Notes: generated by a model not told the origin, from the sequence alone. 62,877 bases of DNA, filler included, from Sphacelaria rigidula (GCA_964200075.2; 8 parts of 8 records of this genome joined end to end with filler, not necessarily neighbours in it); one strand, 5' to 3'; shown: positions 39,964 to 54,242, counted from the whole stretch's first letter. A program made the numbers and translations.

Positions 39964-42836
39964 TCAAGGCCCCCATAATACTGCCGTGCCATCATATGAA
40001 GCGGTGAGGAGCATGGGCTCGCTGGGGTGATACGACAGACTGCCCACCGGCCGTGTGTGATGCATCAACAAGCGCGTGACCTTCGACTCCACGATGTCCC
40101 AGATGTGCACTTTTCCGTCCTCGGATCCCTGCGAAGTAACATCGGCGATGCAAGACATGACAAGAATTAAAGAGACGAAACAAAAAACAGGACATGTAGG
40201 AAGAGAATGACTACTACCAAATATATATATATATATAAACAATTTTGTGTGCACGACTAGGTGAGCTCGACACACTTTGAAGCCCGATAGACATGACGTA
40301 CTGGCAGGTTTCCTGGCATCTCTGTCACCCAAGCGTAGAACGGTAAGCAAGATATCATCTTCACTCTGTTCCGCAAGTATGCATCGACCGAACCCGCCTT
40401 CCTCTCTTCAGGAAGCACGTTCATGGAACTTGTCAAAGGAATAAATGTGCATACTGGAAACACGCAAGATACGCACACGAACTTTAGTAACACCATGCAC
40501 TATGGTGGGCACTTAACGTTGTGCACGTTGTGATGAGCGTTGAACGTTTCACAGGAACACAGTGCTAACACTAAGCACGACTACGGGGATTGTATCTGGG
40601 CTCACGCCAGCCAGCAATCGCTGGACACACCACTCCAGTGTTATCAGCAGCATATTGGCACTCACGCTGATCACGTGTGCGTCAGTGTTGGTGAGCCAGC
40701 TCTCCACGCGGTAGCTGTCGTGACTATGCCTGTATGTTTTGAGTACATGGACAGTACAGAAAAGTGACAGATCAGGTCGAATCATGTTCATCGCCACTAG
40801 TGCGTGGCCGGTTATCAAAGTATACCCACAGCTGGAGAGAGTAATACAGAGAAGTAATCGAGAGGCTATCGATGGGCACACAGACCAGCTAGATCTTGCT
40901 GTTGATAAAATGTTTGCGTAGTTCGATAACCATGGAATTGCCGCAGGGATCGAACTCACTGGCTAATTGGTTGTCTCTTTAACTGATATGCTACGTACCT
41001 CAGCTACGACCGTAAGAAAGATTTATGCGAGGTGAACAAACGGAAATACTCGCAAATGAATATTCTAGAGGATGGACAGAGAAATGCGACAAACAAACAG
41101 GGAAACCGAAATAGACTTCCGACTACAAAGTGGTGACGATTTTGACAAAAATTTTGACGGCCCCTGCAAGGGGCTTCGGTAGGAAGCCTTGCAAGAAGCA
41201 AGGCCGTGGGAGAAGGTTGAAACATAGCTATCTGGGGGACGCACTATTAGGCGGGAACTCTCGAAACAAACTCTAGTATTGTAGACGCAAAAATAAAGGA
41301 AACGACTAAAGAGAAAGGTGGCGAAAAAAATAAACTGAATGAAAATCAATCAAGAAACTGTAAACATGGATGATGACGAACAGAAGACAGGGCTAAAACT
41401 GTAAGCCAAAGAGAGGAGGCAACAGCCGACAGGACAGGGCACAAGTGTCAGTCCCACTCCCCGTCCTTTCTCACTCCTGGTCAGGGTCGAAAAGCGCACC
41501 TGAAATGACGGTCTTAATCGTGGCGTAGAATTCAAAATGAGGTTGAGAAGTTGCCAGGAGCTCGTGGCTCTTTGTATCAAATGCCCTTGTTGGCCCATCA
41601 GAGATGCCGCCAGTTTCCAATTCCAAGACCTTCAACAGATTTCATCACAATCTCGCGCGCGCGTGTGTGTGTATGTGTGTGTATGTGCGTAGGTCGATCC
41701 AAACTGTCCCGCCGCAGGAAAATCACCGGCTGTAGAAGCGTCACGCGACACTTGAGGTATGCCGTCTAGGACAAGGATATCATTCCAATGGAGACAAAAC
41801 TACGGGAAAACATTTCTTCGGGAGTGATTGATAGCGCCAAACGAATGGACCACGGCAACCAGGATAAAGTCCCGTGTATTCACCCCGAGATCCAATAAGA
41901 GAACCCAACATGCAACGGTACCGCCAAAGCCAACGATGCGGCTGCAACAGCCGGAGACGACGAAACACAAGACCTCTAATGATCAAAACAAATTCTTACC
42001 CCGTGTAGGAATTCAACTGTACCCCCGTCCCTTTCTCCAAAAGCCGCACAACTCCGCCCAGACACGTCACCAGCAAGCACTTGCCGTCGTGCGACACACT
42101 AGCGTGTGTCACAGGTGAATGTACCTCATCCTCGTGAACCTTTGCTGCCCTCAAGTCGAACGTGCGCACTCGACCGTCCACGCAGCCCACCACTATTTCG
42201 TCGCCCGAGGGAGTGGTCGATACAGACATGGCGCTGTCTTTGCAGCCTTCAATAGTCTGAATTGGCTGTCGATTTTTGGAGCGCATATCCCACGCCCTTA
42301 CTGTCTGCGGCGCGGAATAATATCAAGCGTTTGAAGAACCGGAAAAAAATGTACACAAGGGTTACTGCTTTGAATGACCCCGGACCCACACTGGGTACGT
42401 TTGCGCGGTTTGCGCATGTGGTGTTGAGGGGACGTAACACTGCTGACCCGGTGTCTCTGTTAACACAGAGATTCCGCACAATTGCATACCGTGTATTGTA
42501 GCGTGATACGCATTGAGAGGCAGGGAAACGGAGAGCATCTCATGTCAAGTATGAAAATACGACCTGAAAGTAATGTTGTATTTCTCCTGACGTGAGCTCG
42601 ACGGTTAGCACTGTGATACCCCGAAAGGACATGTAGCACGTACCTTGTCATACGAGGCCGTAAACAGAACCCCGCCCTCGTTGCTGAAACAGCACGCGTT
42701 TATTCGCTGTTCGTGTCCCTGCATTCTCCTCACCACGGCACCCGTGCTCACGTCCCACAAAAACGCCGCTTTATCTTCCCCGCAGGACACGAACTTGGAG
42801 TTGTCCTTCAGCACCGCTACGTCCAGGATCTCGTAT
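39964..42836 (-). CDS. WDR83: WD40-repeat protein WDR83/MORG1-like; exons 42836-42644, 42304-42000, 40729-40666, 40128-39964; first exon(s) not found
   Basis: Phase-consistent GT-AG splicing gives 'YEILDVAVLKDNSKFVSCGEDK...ASYDKTVRAWDMRS...PIQTIEGCKDS...GCVDGRVRTFDLR...LNSYTGHSHDSYRVES...VISGSEDGKVHIWD...SLSYHP...LLTASYDG..LW', characteristic of MORG1. Confidence 0.9.
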
Positions 42837-43899
42837 CTATCGTAGCATCGTGCATGAGAAAGGGCAAGGATGAGAGGGCTAGGTTAGAGAGACTTACAGT
42901 GTGTTTGGTATCCTGAATGAATCATGTGGCTGAAGGCTGCAGAGGACTACTTCGAAGCTCTTGCTGTAGTACGGCAAGGCAAAGGTTGGCCTTTTGATTT
43001 GATCGATTGATCATTGGATATGAATCGGTCCCTGAGGTAGTCATGATCCAGCCGTGGTCATTATCCACAAGATAGACGTATCCAAGATGAACAAGGCGAA
43101 AACACTCGCTGAAGGAAATTCGAGAATGAGAGAATGCAAATAAAAGGATACCAAGAAAAAACAAACATAAGTGGACGACATATTTTGGCTGCGGGTTGAG
43201 GAGAGTAAGTGAGGGAAATCCGGTAAGGCAAAGAGTAGCTCGGGATGGAACCGGGATCAAAGTAGTCCCGCAAAGTCGGTGTACAAAACTGCTGTCCGAG
43301 ATACCACCCCCGTTTCGTCCCGCGAATACTACATCCCGGTTATAACACTCCTAGATCCTACGCCATTCAACACTCACGGTTTCTGCTCTGAGACGTTTCC
43401 ACTCGCATAGTGTCGCGAGTTTTTCCCGGATGGTTATTTGTAGGATGGCGTACATGGATGCTAAATGGGAGAAGGCGGTGAGCAGGACTCATTGGTGGGT
43501 TTGGCCATTTTCGTACATTAACTGGTCCGCTGCAGATCCAGCCATGGTCATTATCCACAAGATAAACGTACCCAAGGTGACTAAATGCAACACTCGCGAC
43601 GGAAACACAAGAAAAGATGAGAAATATAGAGGAAATAAACACAAGGGTGGAGTGTGAACGTAAGAGAAAAGAATGAGTGAGAAAAAGAAGGAAGCCAAAA
43701 GACGAAAGCAAGATAAGCCAAACAAGAAGTTCGAGACGACAGGCGCGCAGCGTTTTTTTTGTCATGGTTAAGGGGGAACGGGGCACGTATTTCTGCCCAT
43801 GCACCTTTCTGATGTGTGCGCTCATAAACGTCGACATGCACGAGCACATATACAAGTACTTGCGCGATCACTAGTACAGAAATGCTGTGTCACCGTACT

Positions 43900-44282
43900 G
43901 TGTGTGCGTGTGTGTGCGTGCGTGTGTGTTGCCATCTCATCTATTCTGGACGCCAGTCTACACCTTTCGGTATATGTGGGCGTATCAGTCGGGGTAACAC
44001 AGGAGGAAGGCCAACACAGGAGTTTTTTTATCATCTTTTTTATCATATCTTAGTACTCCACCTTCCTTCTGTGGGCCTTATTTTATATCGCGAGAGGGGC
44101 TCAGCAGTCTCCTTCTTCGTCGACGGTGAAGTCGAATGCTGTGTATCCACGACATAGTCGATCTCCCCTGCTGGGCATGGTGTGAGAAAAAATCCCAGAT
44201 CGTGTGACTGTACGGGGATTCGAACCCACGACCCAACCGTCAGAAGATTTCGAGGTTACCAATTGAGCCACCGGGGCAACCG
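43900..44282 (-). mobile_element. Full-length tRNA-SINE family 1
   Basis: Reverse complement carries TGGCTCAATTGG / GGTTCGAATCC boxes and the same body and tail as 26963-27289. Confidence 0.85.
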
Positions 44283-44919
44283 GTTCCTGCGACAGAAATA
44301 TCCTGCAGATTGCGACTTGCTCACGAAAAAAAATGAAATGCGCCATATGCGTGGCAACGACCGTTTTCATACACAAGCAAGCATCATCTCGTCACCAAAA
44401 GTATTCCGAATCCCTCCCCCCCCAGTGCACGCCTGTTTAGCTTCCAACCAGGGTGCCCCAGTGTTCAATATAGTTGATCTCCGAACTGAAGCCAGAAGCA
44501 TGAGCGAGGAAACTGCGGGGTATTCGACTATTCTGGCAAATTTACTGAGAACGTTCCTCGTGATTGGAGAAAGGCAAATCATTCCGAGTTCCTATATTTT
44601 GGGAACTGTATCGCGGATCTTGAGACGCAGTAGATTTTGGATCGAAGGCAGTCGTGACCGGGTAGTGCTCTACGCCCTACTCCCTCACTCGTCTCCCTCA
44701 CCCGTCTCCCTCACCTCTCTTCACCCCATTTCCTACGTGTGGATAGTAATAATGAAGACTTACAACACATCATCATCTTTTTCCCAGTTACTGCAAGCGG
44801 GCAGTAACCTGTTTGAGCACACAGCAAGGGGCTGTTGTTGCTGCAAGGTCATCTGATCAACACGATCATTCGAATACGTTAACGTTTTTTATACTCCAAA
44901 CTTGAATCGTTTCTCTGCG

Positions 44920-45297
44920 ATGGTGGATCAAGATAGTGCGGTGGAAAAATTAAGGGCGCTGCTCGAGGCGCAGACAAGGACCTTGGTAGACAGGCTGTCA
45001 CGCGTCGAAGCTTCCCGGGAAAGCAGAGGCGGACGAACGGAGAGGTCCGTCAGTGGGGATCAATCATCGAATCTCGATGGTACTACAGGCGTGGGGCGGG
45101 CAGGGTCTGCTTCCGGGCGTAGATGTGGAGTCACCACCGATATTCTGCTGCCAGCTGTCGGTGAGGTTGGGATTGCAGGAGGTGGTACTTTCGCACTAAG
45201 TCCTAGGGGAATAAGCAGCATCAAAACTGTTGTTTCCAAGCTAGGAGGTAGTGTTGGTTTTCCTTTATGGAAAATACGATTTGAGGATTCCGCTTGA
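44920..45297 (+). mobile_element. Truncated copia-like gag N-terminus, possibly with an LTR end ('...tgatcaaca') at ~44861
   Basis: 'SKLGGSVGFPLWKIRFE' resembles the copia gag motif (KL.G..N+..WK.R+E); the ORF stops just before the tandem array. Confidence 0.45.
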
Positions 45298-45311
45298 TCG
45301 AACGATTGTAT

Positions 45312-46572
45312 CAAGGGCAGGTCGAGTAGAGTATGTACTTTCGAATACTCGAGTAAAATACCCGAGTATTTACTCTACTCAAATATTGGGTAGATTGAGT
45401 ACGGCCTCAGATACTCTACTCAGACCTTGGGTAGATTGAGTACGGCCTCAAGTACTCTACGCGAATCTTTTGGGTAGATTGAGTACGACCTCAAGTACTC
45501 TACTCAAAATATTGGGTAAGAACTCTCAGCAATACTTGGGTAAAGAGTATCACTTGGATATGACCTGAATACTCTACGCGAATCTTTTGGGTAGATTGAG
45601 CACAACCTCAAGTACTCTACTCAAATATTTGGTAAGCACTCTCAGCAATACTTGGGTATAGAGTATCACTAGTATCACTTGGATATGACCTCAATACTCT
45701 ATTCAATTTTTGGGTAGATTGAGTATGGCCTCAGATACTCTACTCAAATATTGAGTCGATTGAGTACGACCTCAAATACTTACTTCATATGTGGGACAGA
45801 ATGAGTATGACCTCAAATACTATAGTCAAACATTGGGTGAGCACTCTCAGCAGTACTTGAGTATAAAGTATCACTTGGGTATGACCTTAATACTCTACTC
45901 AAATATTGGGTAGACTGAGCATGATCTCAAATACTCTACTCAAATATTGGGTAGATGGAGTACAACCTCAAATACTCTACTCAAGTTTTGGGTAGATTGA
46001 GTACGACCTCAAATACTCTACTCAAATATTGGGTAAGCACTCTCAGCAATACTTGAGTGTAGAGTATCACTTGGGTATGACCTTAATACTCTATTCAATT
46101 GTTGGGTAGATTGAGTACGGCCTCAGATACTCTACTCAAAATTTGGGTAGATTGAGTAAGACCTCAAATAGTCTACTCGAATTTGGGGCAGAATGAGCAT
46201 GACCTCATATAATATACTCAAATATTGGGTGAGTACTCTTAGCAATACTCGAGTATGAAGTATCACTTGGATATGACCTCAATACTCTACTCAAAAAAAT
46301 TGGGTAGATTGAGTACGACCTCAAATACTCTACTCAAATATTGGGTCAGCACTCTCAGTAATACTCAGGTATAGCGTATTACTAGGGTATGATGAGTAAC
46401 CGTAACCGTTGTCGACTTCGTGAGGTCACTTCACAGACTATGTTGAATACATGAGCGAACGATGGCCATCAATGAGATAAGTGACGTCACGTCACGGACT
46501 CAAATGAGTATGAGCGAATGATGGCCATCAAAAAACAAAAAATGTGCAGGCGAATGAATCTACCTGCCCCAG
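45312..46572. repeat. Palindromic tandem array (41-bp A units, ~73-bp B units; core 45371-46392) between weak inverted ends
   Basis: A consensus 'tactctactcaaatattgggtagattgagtacgacctcaaa'; order AAAB AB AAAB AAAB AAAB AB; ends 'caagggcaggtcgagt' / 'aatctacctgccccag'; orphan unit at ~46978-47030. Confidence 0.92.
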
Positions 46573-47505
46573 CTCATCTGCCGCCACCCATAGCAATACA
46601 TACTGCATACCGAGGTCGCGACCCCTTCAATATCAGTTTCAGTACAGAGAGCTACTCATCATCATCGAGTAATCGAGTAGACGGGTAATCGGGTGGGTAT
46701 TGTTAAAATGAGCGACTCTACTGCCCGCATAGCTGACTCCTCCATGGGAGACCCAGCGGTGGAAACAGTGCAAGATGCGGAAACATCGGAACAGTCGCAA
46801 GAAGGAGGAACAGAAAAGGCGCGACAAGGTCACGAGTGATAGACCTGACCCCAAAAGAGGCCCCGGCGGTCCGCGTTGAGGAGGCATCAGATATCTTGCG
46901 TACGAATTTGGAAACCAAACTTAAACCCAAGGTTTTCGTACATCGGGTCCGGCCTCACATACTCTACCCAACTTTCGGGCAGACGGGGTATGACCTCAAA
47001 TACTCTGCTCAAAGTTTGAGTAGATTGAGTGTGTGTGTGTGTGTGTTGTCGTCGCATTTATTCTGAGCCCCAGTCTACCCCTTTCGGGATACGTCGGCGC
47101 ATCAACCGGGGTCACACAGGAGGAAGGTCAACACAGNNNNNNNNNNNNNNNNNNNNNNNNNNNNNNNNNNNNNNNNNNNNTTAATTAATTAANNNNNNNN
47201 NNNNNNNNNNNNNNNNNNNNNNNNNNNNNNNNNNNNCGGTGAGAAGTAGCTCCACCCAGTTCAACGGGGAGAGAAAAGAAAAAAAAAAACAGCTAGTAGC
47301 TTTGATTTCCCAGCTCCGCCACGAAAACCAAATGTGGCGTCGCGCTTGGTTCTCTTGTCACCGAGGTGGCTCCTGCACAGCAGTCCTCAGCTATAGTCAG
47401 CCGTGCGCTTGTTTCGCACATACCCGTATGAGATTCAGACATAACACCGTCCAGTTGCCGGCTGTTACTGTATCTAGAGAAACAGTGTTGCCATTAGGTA
47501 CCGAC

Positions 47506-47578
47506 CTTGAAGTACCTACGATTATCCATCTGGTACTGCATGTGAAAGTGGTTCACGTGGTCGGCAAATATGTGTATA
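47506..47578 (-). CDS. Possible small exon (IHIFADHVNHFHMQYQMDNRRYFK)
   Basis: Bounded by tag| and |gtcggt, open and protein-like; affiliation unknown. Confidence 0.25.
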
Positions 47579-48747
47579 CTATCGTGACGTACTACGTAAG
47601 CATGAAACACCCAATCGACACAGTATATGCAGTATTTTAGCACGGCAGCTCAACCGCAGGTGGCTGTACAATCTATGTGTATCAAGTAAAGTACTACTAC
47701 ACCGGGCGGCCAAGCTCTACTGATGGGAATTTGAAGCACGCGTTGTTACTCGATTACACCAACACGCTGGAATATATACAGTAAGATACATTTGTTAGAC
47801 AAGGCAATGTGGGACGGTCGAAAACAAGAAAGCAGCACAGCACGCGTAAAAATCATATGTAAATGACCGTGGCCCGAAAAACAATGGTACCCAACCGACG
47901 TTTTCTGCCCCCCCTCTCTCCCCCTCCCCCTCCCCATGACAAAGAGAAAATGACAAAGAAGCGATTGGTCGTCCGCTATCGTTTCCCTCAGAAAAATGAA
48001 TAGTGCTCCGTCCCCTCGAGGACTCATGACCGATAGTCCAACAGTCTAGGCACGTCAAACATGGGCGCACCGTCCCCCTTCTTTCTCCCTCTCGAAAGGA
48101 CGCGTAGTCAACGTTTTCAGGTAGTCAGGGCAAACAAAGCATGGGCAGGCCTTCACGATCACTCCTACCTAGATATGCTGCTCATTCCAGAGTCAAACTC
48201 ACCGAACCCCCGTACGTACCTTACCAGTGCTTTGCACGCTTCTTGGCGCGAATGCATACCGGCACTAAACACTTCCAGCAGCATGCTCCGTCTCGAAAGG
48301 GATGCGTGGTCAATGGTCAAATGACTAAGGCAAGCAACAAATGAGTACGCCCCCCCCCCCAGCATCCAACACCAATACTAACGCCAAAATCGACACCGTC
48401 GCCACAGAGTTCAACGCTTACGTTTCGTGTTACCACAGTAGCTTTTGTCTCCGTTTACGTTTTGCCGAGTGAGGAAACGGGGGGGCGGAGGAGTTATTAA
48501 TATCTGCCCCCGAAGATGCATGTCGGACACCCTTCGTTCGCTTATGACTATACGACTGTACCGTGCTTTGATTTTCAAGATCCCCCACAACCTGCTGACT
48601 CTACCCGGTAGGTGCCAGACTATGTTGGGACGGACAAGTACCCTTGATTCCAATCGCAACCCCCATGTATTTCCGCTTATTTAATCCGATTGTCTTCTTC
48701 GCCGTGCCCCACAATGTTTTCCTTACCGTGGGCGCCTCTCCCCCGCC

Positions 48748-51700
48748 CTATCGCCGTCGACGACCAATTGCCACGGTCACCACCGCCGCTGCCGCCGCCG
48801 CGACCATGACATGAGTCGGGCGCGGCAACCACCATGGCCTCCTGGGTAGAGCCGGCCCCGCTCCCTCGTCCGCAGCGTGGTGTACCGCTGAACACACCGA
48901 CCGCCCATTACCGTTGGGCCGAGTAGCATAGGCGTCGCTCGCGCCTGGCAACCACCATCGCCCCCTGGGCGGCGCTGGATCCACTCCCTCGTCGGCAGCG
49001 TTCTCGACAGCCAAGCGCAGCGGTCGCTGGTCGCCGGCGATTTCCACAGCTCCGCGGGCTCGCGGCGGGGGGACTGCCGCAGCAGCAAGGGGATCATTTG
49101 TAGACAACGAAGATGCACTCGGCGCTGTGCTGACCGCGATGCGGGGCACATGAGCGGATACGATGTCATCGGCCATCGCCATGTGGTGGCGAGGGATGAG
49201 CCTCGCGCCATCGTATCCTGGAACACCCGAAGAAGTTCCGATGCCTGTAATACTGACACGGACATCGAAGGTTCCCGCCACGGACACGACATCAAACTGT
49301 ACCGGAATCGAGGAGATATCAGCGAAAACTACCATCAATCTTGCCCCATACACCGCCCGCGGCGGCGGCGGCAGTGGCGTTGGGATGCTTTCGCTCCCGA
49401 ACGATCGCGGGTGATCAGCGCAGGTGGCGGACCCGATGCTGAAGCGTCCGTGTGACTGAGGTGTCACTAAGTGCACAGTCGCTGACAAAGCAGCTGATCC
49501 AGTTCCCCTCTCGACACCGCTGACCATCTCGTCCTCACTGTTAACGTTTACCACGTAGGCGTTGCCGACACCCAACGCCACGCCGTCCGGAGCGAGGAAA
49601 TTTTCGTCACGTCCGCATTCCCCCGTCTCCACCCCATCCTCGCCTCGCACTTTGGCGACGATGCTTGATCCCAAGGCGGGAATATCACCTAGCACCTCGA
49701 CTGGTGCCGCCGCCGCTACCAGCCCCGAACCCACCGTCACGGCTGCCTCTGCGCTGGCAAAGTCCTCGCTGGCTATGAACTCGGGCGAAGCCCGCCTTCC
49801 CAGAAGGTCGCTGTGCATGATATCTGGTATGGAATCCTCCATAGTGTTGCCCAGGCAGTGGATACGATCGGGCGACGCGCCGGCAGATGCGGCAGGGCGC
49901 GGCGAGAGCGACCTTAGGGCGTATGGGTCGATACCTTCTGGGCCTGTACCCAAGTCCTCTAAGCTCCACGACGACATGGACGGAACCACGGGCGGAGACG
50001 GTGACCACAAGCGTATCCCGGGAACAACCCTGAGAGAAGCGTCGTGGAGCAGATCGCCGGGATATTCATCGCAGAAGCTGGCGCTGACCGGTGCGCTCGA
50101 CGTTGCGGCAGCGCTACCTCCCCAACCGATCCCTTCTTCAAGGGAGGTGAACCCTTCCGCAAAGTGGTGGCATTCTGTAGGTAGCGCCGCGATGCCCACT
50201 GTACCACGTGGAGAGCCCGCACCCTTGCGATCACTGCCGTCGTTAACGCCGCCGGCAGCCTGTTGTGGTGGCTGCAGCTCGCCGGAGCAAGACAGCAGCC
50301 CATACCCCTGCTTGGGGTAAGCGATCCGCTCACCATCTCCCTTCCTGTAGGCGATGCCTATGTCCACGGCGGCGGCAAACTCGCTTCGGGGCACCCCGAT
50401 CGGCCGCCGCTCTCCCTCGTAGAAGTCGTTGCCGACACACTCTTGGCTGGAGCCCCGCACGTTCATCGGGGTTACGTAATCCTCCGCCGGAGGTACGGCT
50501 TGAGCGAATGATAGCGGGTCAGAAGGGAGACAGCGTCTATCGTAGAGGTCCGGATACAGCGATGACGCAGCAGCGGCGCCGGAAGCAGTGGCCAAATGGG
50601 GTTGGAACATGGAGTCTCCGCCCTTGCTTTCCCGGATGGCATGGACGCCCAAGTCCAAGAGAGGCACGTCCTGCGGGATCTGTGGCACGTGCTGGTTGGT
50701 GCAAAATATACAGCAATACATGTCCGAACGGTGGGAGGGGGGTGATGTTACAGCTTTCGATTCGGTTTCGCTCGCCATGCTTGCGTCAGGCGATAGTACA
50801 AAAAAGAGGTTGGGCAAGGTACTGCGGGCTGGGTAGGGCACACCAGCGTCGCGGATTTGATTTACAGGTGCTCACACGAAATAATACGAAGGGAGAAACG
50901 GCCAGAAGGGGCACACCAGGAAAACATCTATTACCGTGCGTTCAAGGTGTGCATCAAATATAAGACACGTTGAAATACACGAAAACAAACACGAAGACTA
51001 CGTAAACAAGATGCACCATCACAAGAACACGAAATATCTCTCGCCAACGTACAGACGTCATCGCGAAAACACACTCACACACATTGAATTCCCCACAGAA
51101 GCAAAAGCACAGAGTACAACTCCCCTCCACCAAGACACTTGGACCAGATATGCGTTATTTTTCAACACTACCAACACAAAGATCACACTTGTCAAACCTA
51201 CTCACCGGCCCTTCGGCCATATATGGCTCCTCTCCCAGCAGTGCCCCGTCATCCCTAAACATATATGCATGCCCCGGGAAGTGAACTGGAGACGGGTCAC
51301 CACCACCACCACCATCACCACCATCACCACCATCACCAATACCAACACCAATACCAACAACACAACCGCCGCCGTTGCCGCCAATGCCGAGCCCCGACTC
51401 TACAGATAATCCCCTCGCGTGAAAACGTTCCCCTATGCACCCAACGCCGCTCTTGACCTTGGCCACACGACGCTTTTCACCATCCTTCTCCCTACCGTGG
51501 TACGCGACGTCGTCTCTTAGCGCCATGTTGCACAAATCATTCGACCCAGCAGGCGGGATCATCGGCGGCGGCGACGGAGACGCCATCGGAGCGCCTAGCA
51601 GTGTCTGCGGCGGAGATAGCCGAATGGGAGGCGTCGTCCTGACCGGCGATCGAACCCCGCCCTCCCACATCCCCCAGGAATCGTTCACGGCATTGACGTC

Positions 51701-52033
51701 GCGGCCAACGATATTACCGTCTCCAGACGGTAACCTACCCGCACCACGGCCATCATCATCGGAAGGCGGGGTGGCGGTAGCGGAGACGGTTTGCAAGGAT
51801 GTAGACAGAGCCTTGCGGCCGCAGCGCGACTCAGTACGCTTGCGGTCGCCGGTGTAGTGCGACAAGACATGTGTTTCAGGAGTTGAGTTCGGTTCCATCT
51901 CGTCCCTGCTACTCCATGCGGACCAGTGGAGGGAATATTTATCCATCATCGTCGCCATATCGCCGACCTCGCTCTCTCCGTCCGTTATCGCTCGCTGGGT
52001 CGTTCGAATGTGCCTCTTTCTTTCCCTATTCAC
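48748..52033 (-). CDS. Large low-complexity (Ala/Gly/Pro/Ser-rich) protein of unknown function; long exons ~52033-51206 and 50691-48748
   Basis: 697-aa and 292-aa GC-rich ORFs joinable in phase 0 via CCG|GTGAGT (51205) and ccag|CAC (50692). No domain recognised; the ends are uncertain and it may be a pseudogene. Confidence 0.55.
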
Positions 52034-54242
52034 TAGTGTTTTTCCTCTGCTCTGGCTTCTGGTTGACGAGCTTCACCTGTGTGGGGACGGCGGATAACGG
52101 AGGTAGGCAAGACGCGAGTAGGCTGTGATGGTGATGACCTAACGGGGGTAATAAACGTCATCATTTTGACTTCCAGTCGGTCGTCCCAACTTGGCGGCCG
52201 AGTTAGAAACACGCACGTAATGACCCCTCTCCGACTGCCTGACATGCCTTTGAGGGGTTTTTTCTAGTGCAGGAGGGGCACTGGTGTTCCTCGACATCAA
52301 GCCACCAAGACGAGTCCGCCTCGGCCCGAAATGGACCTGAGAAGGACCGACTACCTTCTCACCCAGTCCAATGCTTGAAGAAACAAATCAAAGGAGACAG
52401 CATGCAAAATAAACGAGTCCGCTCTCGCTTGATGCACTTGTTTTTGGCTGCTTTTTGCTTGCGCGGGAATGGTCGGTCACACGCGGCGATCAATCAAGCA
52501 ATCGACCGACCGACCACTGCCAGTGAAGAGGTACCAACAGGTCACGGGGACGGGGCGCTATGTCTCCGCTAGATGTGACATCTTGTTTTCCCAGGAAACA
52601 AAGCATATAAAGAGCAGCACACGACGTATTTTTGTTTATGGCTCAACATGCCTTCATCCTCCGTGTCTGGGACTAAGTGCGATAAGCGAGGACGTACACA
52701 TGTACCCCATGTTGTTTTTTGCAGGAAAACCCAAATAAATGAACAACACGTGCCGAACACATGAAAGACAGACGTATGGGTTGCGAGCGGCCTTGATGGA
52801 AGTGTGCATCGCAATGCACCCTTCTTGTGTCTCACGGCTCTGCGGAATGTACAGTGCAATCGATGCGTATCTTCGTCTCTGTGTAGGACAGTACATCATT
52901 TTGGCCTCACGGGTAAATTCCACGCGAAATACTTCAAGCATCCCCGGACCACGGGTCCGAGAAAGTCGACAGGCATGTCGATCAACAACAAAGGGTCGTC
53001 AATGGCCAGATAAAAAGCGAACCTCGTCGAGTCTGAGGGTGAAGCTGCAACGCTTAGTTACGTTACAGGAGTTTAAGTGAACCTGGGGTATACACCACTA
53101 CGCAATACATTTGTTTAACGAAGGCGGTGTCTCTGTGTTGTTTGTAGCTCGCACAAATTAATTTCAGGCAGTGAGGGTCGCGGGGTGGGGGGTCGGATCC
53201 CGACAGAGCTTCTTCTTTAACTGCGGAGAATCTGTTTTCCGTCGGTTCATTTACGTTAGGACGTGAGTAGCAAACGAAGGGTATTTTTTGGGTGACGAGA
53301 ATCGACGCGGTCCGAGAATGCTGATAGTCATGATCCAAGCCACGATACCACAACATTAATGTCAGTCAGGAATGTACCGGGGGAGAGATAGGTCTATCCC
53401 TTCAGACCACGGACACCTTGCGAGGGAGGAAGAAGGGGGACAGAAGGTATCATCACGAAAAAGCCAAGAGGAGGAGTAGAATGAGGCAAGTGGCCGGAGG
53501 TGGAAGCTTGTGGTGACAAACGACGGCGACACTTGAGGCTCACAGTGACGAACAAGTAGTACGTCTTGCCTTTGTGAGCCAATTGAGGGCACGGGACATT
53601 TTTTGTGGCAACCCACAACTTCTCAGCTATGCCAAGCACCATCCCGCTTGTTGTCGAGTGTATTGTCGGCAAAACCGTCTGAAAATGAGTCAAACCCTCA
53701 TCGTTTATCCTCCGCGATGAAATCTTGCTGTCCATTGTACCCTGACGCAAAATGCAAGCAACAAGGCCTTTTCCCGTCCGTTTCCCGAAACAAACATGCC
53801 GACAACGCCGAAAGGGTACAGCAGGAGGATATAGCATAGTATTCGGTCACCGTAGGCTCCGCTGTACACAACCCCTGGTGAGTAGAATTTTAGTGGGGGG
53901 GAGGATGCAGTATAATTAGTACCCCGGTAGAGTACTGTAGGTGAGTACTGTAGGTGCCCGCGTGGTTCCAAAACGTACACGACCCGGGTGCGAAGAGCGC
54001 TGGACCCTCTTGAAAGTGTGCACATTGAGTACCAACGGCGCAAGACCCCAAAAGATGCGGACGTTCAAGATACGCATAGACCATGCTGAGGACTGACCTA
54101 TACAGCGTTGAAGGCCGAGAAGGGAGTATCTTTGTCGTGCACATGCACGCTCTGAAAACGACCGATCACCTTCGCGTCATATTCTGAAGAGATAACACCT
54201 GTAGCTGTCCTTAGCAATTTTCAGCACGATTAAATATCAGCA

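Noticed and set aside
37591..42836. Tctex-1 and WDR83 as convergent neighbours or a functional cluster
   Set aside because: Separated by the linker at 39266-39365.
45371..46392. CRISPR array
   Set aside because: Units are contiguous degenerate copies without unique spacers; no cas genes; eukaryotic context.
49562..50963. Plus-strand ORFs of 232-252 aa
   Set aside because: Antisense shadows of the GC-rich 697-aa minus-strand ORF.
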